Shown here piece after piece: positions 18,172 through 27,045 of a stretch of 64,000 nucleotides of DNA. The notes beneath the pieces are model-generated. The model was not told the DNA's origin. It made no database searches and saw only the letters and a program-made list of their open reading frames with translations. The stretch is from a candidate division WOR-3 bacterium (GTDB taxonomy: Bacteria; Hydrothermota; Tepidihabitantia; Tepidihabitantales; Tepidihabitantaceae), in NCBI GenBank assembly GCA_965649295.1, contig CBFGKH010000001.1:256001-320000 (forward strand), read 5' to 3'. The translations under genes were made by a program, and so were the position numbers. Numbering within the stretch: the stretch's first letter is position 1; each line of letters opens with the position of its first letter.

Positions 18172-18360
18172 TCATCCCCGCCTCCCGCGGCGAATCAGCC
18201 ATGAAATACCCTCACCGATTTCTAGCAATCCGATGATGACGATAATCACCGGCCAGTCACGTCGGAAGATGATTCCCGAAGTTATCACCCCAAGATTGGC
18301 CAGCCATATCCACATACCGATAGCGATGACAATCAGACCCCAGATTATGCTTCGGACCAT
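18172..18360 (-). CDS. LiaF/LiaI-like (DUF5668-type) small membrane protein
   Basis: WGLIVIAIG...RDWPVIIVIIGL; paralogous to the next gene. Confidence 0.65.
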   Translation of the reverse strand: MVRSIIWGLIVIAIGMWIWLANLGVITSGIIFRRDWPVIIVIIGLLEIGEGISWLIRRGRRG

Positions 18361-19251
18361 CTATGCCTCCTTGCTGTTGCGAACAGTTATGTCGCCGGTG
18401 CGCGTGCGGCAGACGAGCTTCGGCCCGCCGGCGCCAACCTTCAGATAGACGTAACCGTCACGTCGTTCCAGCTCCTCAAACTGACCGCTCAGGTCAACTT
18501 CGATTTCGCCGGCGTGCTCTTCCCAAGCTTCTAGCTGAAGTTCAAGCTCAAGATTGACCGCTGCTGGCAGCGCCACCTCGATATCACCAGATTTCGAAAC
18601 CAGCCGCCCAGCGATATTGCCAGTGGCCTCGACATCAATGTCACCGGACTTAGACTCAACACTGACCCGACCCTCAGAGCGGATAAGCTGAACGTCACCG
18701 GCGACTGTGCTAATGCTGACTTCTCCCGCAACTGCTGCCAGGTTTATGTCTCCTGATACCGATTTCAGAGCAATTCGCCCGGCAAGACCCCCAATGTCAA
18801 TCTCGCCCGAAACAGTCTCGGCTTCAAGCGTACCGGCAACTGGCATCGTGGCGTCAACATCACCGGAGATTGACCTTACCTGCACCACCTCACCGCGACT
18901 CCGAATCTTCACCATGCCGCCTGAGTAACTGACACTGACCGTCTCTTCCGAACTGGCCCCAATCGTGACATCACCAGAAACAGTCTTCACCGACAGGTCG
19001 CGTTTGCCGACAAATTCCTGGGTGTCCTCGTCCTTGGCCTCAAGGCCGGACTGAACCGCGTTCGCCACGATGTCCGGCAGAATATCGAGCGTTCGAAAAG
19101 CACCATGTCGCCGGACGCGGATACCTGCGACCTGGGTAGTTGACGGTCCTGACTGGCGCACACCCAGTGCCTCGATTAGCCTTGCTGCCTGATCAGCAGT
19201 AATCCTGCCGTCTTCAAGCAGCTTGAGAATTCGTTCTCGCTCTTCGCTCAT
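18361..19251 (-). CDS. DUF4097 beta-strand-repeat protein with N-terminal SHOCT-like domain (YvlB/LiaX-like)
   Basis: EERERILKLLEDGRITADQAARLIEAL; repeated TVSGD/SISGD/SKSGD. Confidence 0.85.
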   Translation of the reverse strand: MSEERERILKLLEDGRITADQAARLIEALGVRQSGPSTTQVAGIRVRRHGAFRTLDILPDIVANAVQSGLEAKDEDTQEFVGKRDLSVKTVSGDVTIGASSEETVSVSYSGGMVKIRSRGEVVQVRSISGDVDATMPVAGTLEAETVSGEIDIGGLAGRIALKSVSGDINLAAVAGEVSISTVAGDVQLIRSEGRVSVESKSGDIDVEATGNIAGRLVSKSGDIEVALPAAVNLELELQLEAWEEHAGEIEVDLSGQFEELERRDGYVYLKVGAGGPKLVCRTRTGDITVRNSKEA

Positions 19252-19266
19252 ACTTCACCTCTGCCT

Positions 19267-19638
19267 TCATTTGCCGCCACCCCGCAGTAGCTTCTCCGCC
19301 TCTTCGGCAGTTATCTCGCCACGCTCCAGCATTTGAATCACCTCGCTTGAATCAACTCGACCCGCCTGGTCACCAAAACCGAGCGCTGCCAGCGCCGCAT
19401 CGAGCCGGGAACGGACAGTGGGATAAGAAATCCCCAGCTCCTTTTCTACGTCCCGAATCACGCCGCGATTCTTGATGAACACCACCAGAAACTGATAGAG
19501 GTCATCGGGCAGGCTGCAAAGACTTGGAATCGCGAATCGGCCGCGAACAGCAGTGCCGCATTCTTCACAGCCGAGCTCGGTAATGACCATCTTTCCTTCA
19601 CACACTGGGCAATGACTCACAAACTGCTTTCTCGCCAT
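19267..19638 (-). CDS. DUF2089 family zinc-ribbon/HTH protein (probable regulator)
   Basis: CPVC, CEEC, EKELGISYPTVRSRLD, C-terminal LERGEITAEEA. Confidence 0.9.
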   Translation of the reverse strand: MARKQFVSHCPVCEGKMVITELGCEECGTAVRGRFAIPSLCSLPDDLYQFLVVFIKNRGVIRDVEKELGISYPTVRSRLDAALAALGFGDQAGRVDSSEVIQMLERGEITAEEAEKLLRGGGK

Positions 19639-19739
19639 CTCTTCTCCCTATTTCACAAACACACTCAGACCAATTATCGACGGAGAACTGACCAAGCGGC
19701 CGTCTAACGAACGCCACCAGACCTCAGTAAACATCAACT

Positions 19740-19960
19740 CCCCCATAGCCTTCTGCCAAGAAACTGTTGCCACAAAAATCGGGTATTGGCGCGACCAGCC
19801 TTGGCCTCTCAGCAACCATAAGCACCTCCGCCACTACACCAGTCGTACTAGAAACATACAAGTGGCACCTGAACTGCTTGCTCAGCTCACACCCAACCAG
19901 GACACCGAGAATGACAGCGATAGACACCTTCACAGACAATCGATCTCCCAACGAAGCATC
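19740..19960. repeat. degenerate 12-bp periodic tract B (weakest of the four)
   Basis: Units ACCAGGACACCG / AGAATGACAGCG / ATAGACACCTTC / ACAGACAATCGA (19896-19943); phase is less regular upstream. Confidence 0.4.
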
Positions 19961-20072
19961 CTTGATGGTATTGCAATAATGATATTGAATCCTGGTCATA
20001 CTTTGGCTTAATTTCATTGTCGCAATTGCAGCTCAGTTATCTATTAAGCTAATACTAACATTAACTGACTCT

Positions 20073-20100
20073 ATCATAGCACCATAACGGCAAATGTCAA
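20073..20100 (-). promoter_or_regulatory. sigma70-type promoter facing the DUF2089 operon
   Basis: TTGACA-N16-TATGAT on the minus strand within an AT-rich island. Confidence 0.7.
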
Positions 20101-20407
20101 TATCCAATTACATTCATAGTCAATATAGTTAATCTAGCTATCAATAATAGTAATCATGATTCTGTTTTCGTATGAATAATATTCATAAACCAACAGCCGG
20201 TAACGGGCTAAATTGATGATGGCTGACATCCCCTACGAGCTCATCTGAATCTCAGTAGTAGCGAACACCAACAACCTCTGGGATGGCTGTCATTTGCCAA
20301 ACGGCAGTGGACTCCTGAAATCCGCAGTGGGCATAGGATTCAGCCCTAGGCCGGGCCAAAGGCGGGTTGCGTTGACTTTGTTCTGACCATGATTATCTTT
20401 GGACCCA

Positions 20408-21484
20408 ATGCGCAGGGTCACTATGCTACTACTTCTGCTGCCGGTTCTCGGCATCGGCAACCCGCCAAGCGGTGACGTACGGATCGTTGGCCGCTGTCCG
20501 ATTGACAATGTGACCGTAGTCCAATCTGGCCGGTTCGTCACCAGTGACATTGACGACTTGCTTGTGCTGCAGTCATTAGGGGAGACCGAGCTGGCTGGGC
20601 CACGGATTGGTGGCCGCTGCCGGGTATCGCTCGGTCGGCTTGTGCTCTTGCGCTACAACGCCAGCAGATTCAGCCCGGTCTGGCAGAGCAGTATTTTTGT
20701 GACCAACTCCGGCCCAGACATCATCCCAACTGCTTGGACAGCAGCCGACCTCACTGCTGACGACCGCCTTGAGGTCATCTTGGTCCAGGCCGACTCGGCT
20801 CGCATCTTTTCCTTCACTGGCGACACTGTCGGCAGCATCACACTACCCTTTCCCTCAGCCGGTGTTGAACAAGTCACCGGTTGGTTGGCTGATAACAACA
20901 CAAAGGCCATCCTCGTGACAATCGAACGGGCCGGCATTGAACCAACCGGCTACGGCATCGCTGCCTACCGGCTTGAGCAGGATTCCTGGATTTCGGCGTA
21001 CCCGCTGCTCGGGCTGGGCATTGACTCAGCAACCAGTCCGGTTCTACTCGGCACAGCCCGCTTTGCCGACTACTACGAACCGATGCCAGTCGTTGCTCTG
21101 GTCCGCTCGACTCTTCGTCCCAGCAGCTATCTTGCACTGGAACCGCTCGAACTTGGCCGGTGGCGGCTCAATAGTTTGCCATTTCCGCGCCAAGAATGGT
21201 TCAGCAAAACCACCCCCCTGCCTGCCGGACCGCTCAGGCTCTTCAATGTTGGTGACACCCTTGTCGCCTATGGCTACTTTGTCCCGGGTGCAAGACCGGC
21301 TGGGCCGAGTGGCAGCTTTGCCGCTCTCGACGACGGTGAATGGCGAATACTCCAGTTCACTCCAGCTGCCCAGCGACTGACCGGGCCGGCCTGTCGCTTC
21401 CGACTGGCTGGGGTTGACGGCTGGATCGAAATCAGAGACGGCCTAATCTACTTCTACTCTGGCGAAGTATTTCACTGGCGCTGA
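20408..21484 (+). CDS. hypothetical secreted protein
   Basis: Signal-like N-terminus; one FG-GAP-like ADLTADDRLEVILV; start ATG 20408 behind TTGACT-N16-TATCTT. Confidence 0.65.
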   Translation: MRRVTMLLLLLPVLGIGNPPSGDVRIVGRCPIDNVTVVQSGRFVTSDIDDLLVLQSLGETELAGPRIGGRCRVSLGRLVLLRYNASRFSPVWQSSIFVTNSGPDIIPTAWTAADLTADDRLEVILVQADSARIFSFTGDTVGSITLPFPSAGVEQVTGWLADNNTKAILVTIERAGIEPTGYGIAAYRLEQDSWISAYPLLGLGIDSATSPVLLGTARFADYYEPMPVVALVRSTLRPSSYLALEPLELGRWRLNSLPFPRQEWFSKTTPLPAGPLRLFNVGDTLVAYGYFVPGARPAGPSGSFAALDDGEWRILQFTPAAQRLTGPACRFRLAGVDGWIEIRDGLIYFYSGEVFHWR

Positions 21485-21538
21485 CGCTGTTCTATACCGG
21501 TAGTTTGACCGTTTGGGCGCCATTGACTACAATAGGCC

Positions 21539-21970
21539 GTGCGCAAGCTCAAAGTTTCGGAACACGACCTGCTATTTGCCTTGGAAAATCGGGTTGCCGG
21601 CGTAACCCACTACCTGGACACCGAAACTGGCGATGTTGTTCCAGTCTTCACCTATAATCGCGAGCTAATCCTTGCCGCTGTCAAAGAGAATCCTAGCCGC
21701 TATGTTCGGCTTGCGCCCCAATCCGGCTCTCAGGCCTACAAGGCAATGATTGACTTCACCCGCACCGTGAACCGGCCTGACCTACGTACTAAACTTGAGG
21801 CCGCACTCACCCAGCCCAGCCGCTTCCGGCTATTCCGCGAGCTTTTGGCCGAGTACCAAGAAGAACAAGCCCGCTGGCGTCAGTTCCGCGGCGCAGCCAT
21901 GCTCCAGGCGCTCTGCGATCGGCTGCGCGAATCGGCGATTGAACTTGTGCTTGTCCGCTCCCGCTGCTAG
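21539..21970 (+). CDS. UPF0158 family protein
   Basis: HYLDTETGDV, AYKAMIDF, L...AL...FRLFRELL...RW pattern. Confidence 0.8.
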   Translation: MRKLKVSEHDLLFALENRVAGVTHYLDTETGDVVPVFTYNRELILAAVKENPSRYVRLAPQSGSQAYKAMIDFTRTVNRPDLRTKLEAALTQPSRFRLFRELLAEYQEEQARWRQFRGAAMLQALCDRLRESAIELVLVRSRC

Positions 21971-23979
21971 CGTCCCTTCAGTACGAGCTTACGCGAGTCG
22001 TTGTCTGCTCCTGATGCCAGCCGCACCGTATAGACCCCAGCGCCGACCTGCCGCCCCTCCTCATCAGTACAGTTCCAGACCAAACGGTTAGGTCCGGGCC
22101 GCACCGGTCCTGAAACAAGTCGTCGCACCAATCGGCCGGCTGGATTGTAGATGTCAATCTGCACCGATTGTTCAGCAGGCACCGTATAGGTCAGTTCAAC
22201 CCGACCCGTGGCTGGGTTTGGGCCAAGGCTCAGCAGTCGCGCTCGCACTCCGGCACCGACGTCCTCGGCAATGCCAAGCCGGACCGTATGCCGCTCCAGA
22301 ATCCAGTCGTTGGGGTCAAACACGATGCCAGTTGGCTGAGCCGGAACACTAAACACTGCTCGTTGCGGATTGGCCGCAACATCAAACCGAAACGTCTGGC
22401 TCCCGCCAGACCAGCTAACCTTCACCTCAACCGGCATGTGAAAGAGGCTTGGCGCTCCGCTCATGTTATGCTGCTCAACATCAATCACGACTTCCCAGCC
22501 GCCCTGCACCTGACGGCCAAACCAACCAATCGTGTAGTTCGGATAACCAAGACCATAGACCCACTCATCAAAGAACCAGCCTAGGTCAAGCCCAGTAACC
22601 TGCTCATGAATCCGCCGATAGTCCTGGGTATTCGCGTTGCGGTAACGGAATGAGTCGCCATAGACGCGCATCGCCCGAAAGAAAACACCTGGCTCAGCCC
22701 AGACCGTGTCGCCTTCGACGAAACGCAGCATGTGCTGAACCCAAGCTGCCTTGCAGTAGGTATGGCCCCAGTCAAACAACTGGTCCGGAAACGGCGGATC
22801 GTAGATCGGTCTGGGGTCCTGGGCTTCTTCATCAAAGTAGTCTTCGGCCCGACTCGCAATCAAGTTGAGAAACGCGGTTCGGCCACTGCGGTGATATTCG
22901 TAGAGCTCATCCGAGTAGGTTGCAAACCCCTCGTTCAGCCAGATTTCACGCCAGTCCTGACAGGTGACCATATCGCCCCACCATTGGTGCGAGAGCTCAT
23001 GGGCAATACCGTTGTCCGAACCATAGACAACCCAGTAACGATGAACCATCGTCATCGTCTGATTCTCCATCCCGCCCCATTCAAACGGGTAGGCCTCAAC
23101 ATGACCATACTTCTCAAACGGATATCGGCCGTAGCGGAGCGAGTCGGAAAAGAAATCTATCATGTCCACAGTATTGGCAAAGGCGCTCACCGCCGCACCT
23201 GAATCAGCCGGCCAGACAAAGGTCTGAACGTAACTCGACTCGGTCGGGCTATAGTGAAACCAGTGCCGCAACTGGGCCCAGCGCGAGGCTGCGAAGGTCA
23301 TCAGGTAGGTGGTAATCGGATACTCATGCCGCCACCAGTAGGTCTTAGTACGATTGCCAGCATTCACCGTCACGCTGTCAAGCAGCCCATTGGCCGCGAC
23401 CACCATCGAGTCCGGCACAGTCACGTTGATACAACAGCCATTCTCGGCCTTGTCCCATGGTTCATCAAAGCAGGGCAGCCAGTAGCGAGCATCAGCCGGC
23501 TCGGTTGTCGTGTAGGCCAGTGCGTGATGACCAGTCTGATAGCGGGTGTACCAGAAGAAACCGCGGTTGCTGACGCTGCCGGAGCGCCGATAGTAGATGT
23601 CAACTGCCAACGACTCACCCTGCCCGAACTCACGGTCAAGGTCAATCCACAGCCGGCCGGCCCCAGTCGAAAACGCACAGACATTGCCATCGCGCCGGAC
23701 TGAATCGCAAATGAGGTTGATCATGTGCAGACTGAACGTATCGAAGTTTGGTTCGTTTGCCACCAGGGCGACACGCACCCGCGCCGAATACGCGCCTGTC
23801 ACCATCGGTAGGTTCAAGTCAACCCGATAGTGGCGAACATCAAACGAATGGAATGAATCAGCCGGCATTGGCAGAAGCGTGGTCGGAAACAGGGTGAACT
23901 TGCCATCACCCCGCCACGGCGACCGAGAAATACCAAGTCCGACGAACAAGACCAGGCCAAGCAGTAGTAATCTTCGCAC
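21967..23979 (-). CDS. secreted M1 family aminopeptidase with FlgD/T9SS-like C-terminal domain
   Basis: ARYWLPCFDEP, GGMEN, HELSHQWWG...WLNEGFATY; tail PNPA...GVYTVRL...RKLVL. Confidence 0.92.
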   Translation of the reverse strand: MRRLLLLGLVLFVGLGISRSPWRGDGKFTLFPTTLLPMPADSFHSFDVRHYRVDLNLPMVTGAYSARVRVALVANEPNFDTFSLHMINLICDSVRRDGNVCAFSTGAGRLWIDLDREFGQGESLAVDIYYRRSGSVSNRGFFWYTRYQTGHHALAYTTTEPADARYWLPCFDEPWDKAENGCCINVTVPDSMVVAANGLLDSVTVNAGNRTKTYWWRHEYPITTYLMTFAASRWAQLRHWFHYSPTESSYVQTFVWPADSGAAVSAFANTVDMIDFFSDSLRYGRYPFEKYGHVEAYPFEWGGMENQTMTMVHRYWVVYGSDNGIAHELSHQWWGDMVTCQDWREIWLNEGFATYSDELYEYHRSGRTAFLNLIASRAEDYFDEEAQDPRPIYDPPFPDQLFDWGHTYCKAAWVQHMLRFVEGDTVWAEPGVFFRAMRVYGDSFRYRNANTQDYRRIHEQVTGLDLGWFFDEWVYGLGYPNYTIGWFGRQVQGGWEVVIDVEQHNMSGAPSLFHMPVEVKVSWSGGSQTFRFDVAANPQRAVFSVPAQPTGIVFDPNDWILERHTVRLGIAEDVGAGVRARLLSLGPNPATGRVELTYTVPAEQSVQIDIYNPAGRLVRRLVSGPVRPGPNRLVWNCTDEEGRQVGAGVYTVRLASGADNDSRKLVLKGR

Positions 23980-24008
23980 AGCTTCTCCTTGTGACCTAGA
24001 CAGAGATT

Positions 24009-25349
24009 CTAGGACTCGGCCGCGCCAGCGTCAACGCGGTCAGGACCCTGGCTACAGCCGTTGGTTGCCAGTTCTGGCTGAGCTGGCAGTTCATTCGGCT
24101 GACCGAAATACTCAGTAGCCAGCTCACCGGCCCGGGCTAGTCTGTCACCATACTCCGGGTCAAGAAAAACCATGAACTTCCACAACCGCTCCTGCCGCTT
24201 CTTCAGATTCTCAATCTCCTCGTTGTTTTCCAACCGACGCGGCGGCTCTCCGGCCCGCAGCCGGAACAGAGCATTCGCCTCCCGTAACTGCATTGACGAT
24301 GACGGGCAGTAAAGAATCACCGACCGAAATGGTACCCGCAGCTTGCGACAGAGCCAACGCTCTGCCTCAGCCCGCGCGGCTGGGTCAAGATGATACCGGG
24401 TAAAACGCTCTGTCGAAGAGATGCTGCGGCGAGAGACAAGATAAGCCTTCTTATAGAGTCGCCGACCCCAGAATCTTTCCACTAGATAACGGGCAGGCGC
24501 TGGCCCAGAGCCGATAATCCGCAGAAAACCCTCGTCGCCGACGTCATAGAACGACCGCTCGGATAAGCGCATCTTACCGCCCAGACAGAGTTCTAGCGCC
24601 TTCGAGACCATTGCTGAGGCTGCATTCTTGGCCGGATGGTAATAGACCCGCTCGCTCAAGACATACCGCATCCGCAGGACATTCAGAGTCTCAGACAGCC
24701 CGTCCATCCGAAACAGTCCTCCCCGCACGAGATTGATACACAATGCGCCGTCAGCAATCACGAAATACTTGAACAACCGCTCGTCATACTGCTGGGATAG
24801 GCCGGTGAAATATGAGTCCCGTTCCAGATAGTCCAAAAGGTCAGCACAGATAGTGCTTGATACAATATCGTAGTGGTAGGTCGGCCCATCCTTGTACAGC
24901 CGCTTAGTTGCTAGCAGCCGTTCAATATCCGACCGCACTCCCAACTTGGCCAGAACCTTGCCAGTGTCGGTGCGACTGAGAAAGTAATCAATCCGGCCGA
25001 CATTCTGGTCATGCCGCACAAATACCCGCCGCTCGTCCTCAATAGTATGGCCAAAAGGGATATGGGTGATGTCGTGGACAAGAGCATAGAGACAGATTAG
25101 CCGTTCATCCTCAGCCGAAATCGCCCCCTCACCGCAGTTGCGGCGAATGTGACCAATCATCTTCTTCGCAATCCCGCAGGTGCCCAGACTGTGCTCAAAA
25201 CGGGTGTGCACCGCACTAGGATAGACCAAGTAGGACGCACCAAGCTGCTTTATCCCGCGCAGACGCTGAAAAGTGCCAGTATCAATCACTGCCAGCTCAT
25301 CAGCCGTAAACTCAATGTCTCCATGCACCGCGTCGCGAAACGTCTTCAT
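24009..25349 (-). CDS. HD-domain phosphohydrolase (SAMHD1/YdhJ-like dNTP triphosphohydrolase family)
   Basis: RDAVHG, FQRLRGIKQLG, HTRFEHSLG, VHDITHIPFGH, ADLLDYLERD, VYYH. Start moved to ATG 25349 because the called TTG is the -35 box. Confidence 0.88.
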   Translation of the reverse strand: MKTFRDAVHGDIEFTADELAVIDTGTFQRLRGIKQLGASYLVYPSAVHTRFEHSLGTCGIAKKMIGHIRRNCGEGAISAEDERLICLYALVHDITHIPFGHTIEDERRVFVRHDQNVGRIDYFLSRTDTGKVLAKLGVRSDIERLLATKRLYKDGPTYHYDIVSSTICADLLDYLERDSYFTGLSQQYDERLFKYFVIADGALCINLVRGGLFRMDGLSETLNVLRMRYVLSERVYYHPAKNAASAMVSKALELCLGGKMRLSERSFYDVGDEGFLRIIGSGPAPARYLVERFWGRRLYKKAYLVSRRSISSTERFTRYHLDPAARAEAERWLCRKLRVPFRSVILYCPSSSMQLREANALFRLRAGEPPRRLENNEEIENLKKRQERLWKFMVFLDPEYGDRLARAGELATEYFGQPNELPAQPELATNGCSQGPDRVDAGAAES

Positions 25350-25395
25350 CAAAGCCAATCCTAGACCTCGCTTCTTGCTGGTCAAGAACTACAGA

Positions 25396-25730
25396 AGAAC
25401 CACTGCTGCCAAGTCTGTCAGTAATCTCTCCACGGACCCACTATCAGACAGCGGCCAAAACTCCTAAGCAGAGAGAGTGGGAACATCACCCACCAGTGAG
25501 CTGCCAATGCAACCCATAGGCGTTCTCAGAATCAGGTCCGGATGTTCGTCTGCCGATGCCCTGCAAGACCAACCTTCCGACACCTCCAGAAAAGACACCC
25601 AGAAGCCACTGCCAAAACCAGTCCCAAACCACGATACCGGCCCACATGCAAACACTTTGCCAATCAGTTCAGGGAACGACTCCCGGGATGGCCCACTGTA
25701 GGACCTGCCCAGTAACGGCCCTGGCCACTA
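25396..25730. repeat. degenerate 12-bp periodic tract C
   Basis: At least 25 in-phase units with no indel, e.g. GCCGATGCCCTG / CAAGACCAACCT / TCCGACACCTCC ... GCAAACACTTTG / CCAATCAGTTCA / GGGAACGACTCC. Confidence 0.65.
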
Positions 25731-25897
25731 ACCCATTGATTCACAAGCAGTTGCGCCGGAACGCCAAGACAACGCGTTCGATGGCGAATGTGGCAATGGC
25801 CGCGAAGATGAACTGTTCAGTGCCGTTCATCTATCAGTCTTCAGCAAGACTGACGTCCCCTATTACCCAGGCCAGAAGGAAGATTCAATCGGTTTGT

Positions 25898-26989
25898 TCA
25901 GGCGCTGGTTCGGTGACGCCTACGGCTGCCCGGCCCCTTACCAGGAACCCGGCCAATCGCTGCCAACGTGGCCAGGAGCTTCTCATGAAACACTTCTGCC
26001 GTATCCGGCGCACTGGCCTTACCCGGATAGATCTCATACAGAGCACGATAGCGAAGCGGAGTGAGATTCGGCATCCAGACGTTTGCCCCCCGCATTAGCC
26101 CAAGCTCGCGGCCGTGCTCACGATTCACCGTTGCCAGCGCTGTGGTCGAGGGGATATTCGCATCCGGACAGACAAGCCGAGTCAAAGCAACCACCTTGGT
26201 AGTCATTGTGTCTGTTGCCGGCACTTGGTCCGGCAACGTTCGGCGGTTAGGGTCCGGCATTCCTAGTGGCGTATCCGGATGGGGCACGAACGGCCCGCAG
26301 CCAATCATCTCGAGATCAAGTTCACGAAAGAGCATTATGTCATCAGCCAGTGACGCAAAGGTCTGACCCGGGATGCCCACCATCACTCCTGAACCTACCT
26401 CATAGCCCATTGTTTTGGCCGCCCTGAGCAGTCCGATTCGATCGCTCACCTCGTCCGCGCAGTCCGGATGGATGCGTCGAAACAGAACCGGGTCTGAGGT
26501 CTCATGCTTGAGCAGGTAGCGGTCTGCCCCGGCCCGACGCCACTCTTCGAGTTCAGCGAGCGTGCGCTCACCCAAGGCCAGGGTGACCGCCAATGGTGTT
26601 TCCTGCTTGATACGCTTCACCAGGTCGGTAATCAACTCCCGCCCAAGGCCAAGGTCCTCCCCCGACTGAAGAACAACCGTGCCGTATCCGAGTCTGGCTG
26701 CCAGTCGAACGCAGTCCAGCACCTCATCTGCTGTCATTCGGTAGCGCTCAATCCGTCGGCTCGCACGGATGCCGCAGTAGTGACAGTCACGCCGGCAGTA
26801 GCTTGAAAGTTCAATCAGCCCGCGCAGGTGGACTTCGTCGCCGACCTGCTCCTTGCGCACGCGGTCGGCCTCCTCCCAGAGAAAGTCGAGTTTCCACTCC
26901 TCCTCTTCCCGCAACCAGGCAAGGACCTCGTCCCGGGTCAGCCCTTTCGGGCCCGGCCCCTGTCCGCGCCGACCTTGCAGCAGCTTCAT
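25898..26989 (-). CDS. hydE: [FeFe]-hydrogenase H-cluster radical SAM maturase HydE
   Basis: VHLRGLIE, CRRDCHYC, VVLQSGED, STTAL, GANVWMPN, YEIYPGK; operon context. Confidence 0.93.
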   Translation of the reverse strand: MKLLQGRRGQGPGPKGLTRDEVLAWLREEEEWKLDFLWEEADRVRKEQVGDEVHLRGLIELSSYCRRDCHYCGIRASRRIERYRMTADEVLDCVRLAARLGYGTVVLQSGEDLGLGRELITDLVKRIKQETPLAVTLALGERTLAELEEWRRAGADRYLLKHETSDPVLFRRIHPDCADEVSDRIGLLRAAKTMGYEVGSGVMVGIPGQTFASLADDIMLFRELDLEMIGCGPFVPHPDTPLGMPDPNRRTLPDQVPATDTMTTKVVALTRLVCPDANIPSTTALATVNREHGRELGLMRGANVWMPNLTPLRYRALYEIYPGKASAPDTAEVFHEKLLATLAAIGRVPGKGPGSRRRHRTSA

Positions 26990-27045
26990 AACCGCGACCG
27001 CGGCCTGGATAGCAGGTCAGCCGCCTTCCGAGGGATTGAATTGCC

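Noticed and set aside
25807..25855. Twin hairpins after hydE (AGATGAAC/GTTCATCT and TCAGTCTT/AAGACTGA) as an ncRNA
   Set aside because: Short stems with no other support; more simply 3'-end structures of the hyd operon.
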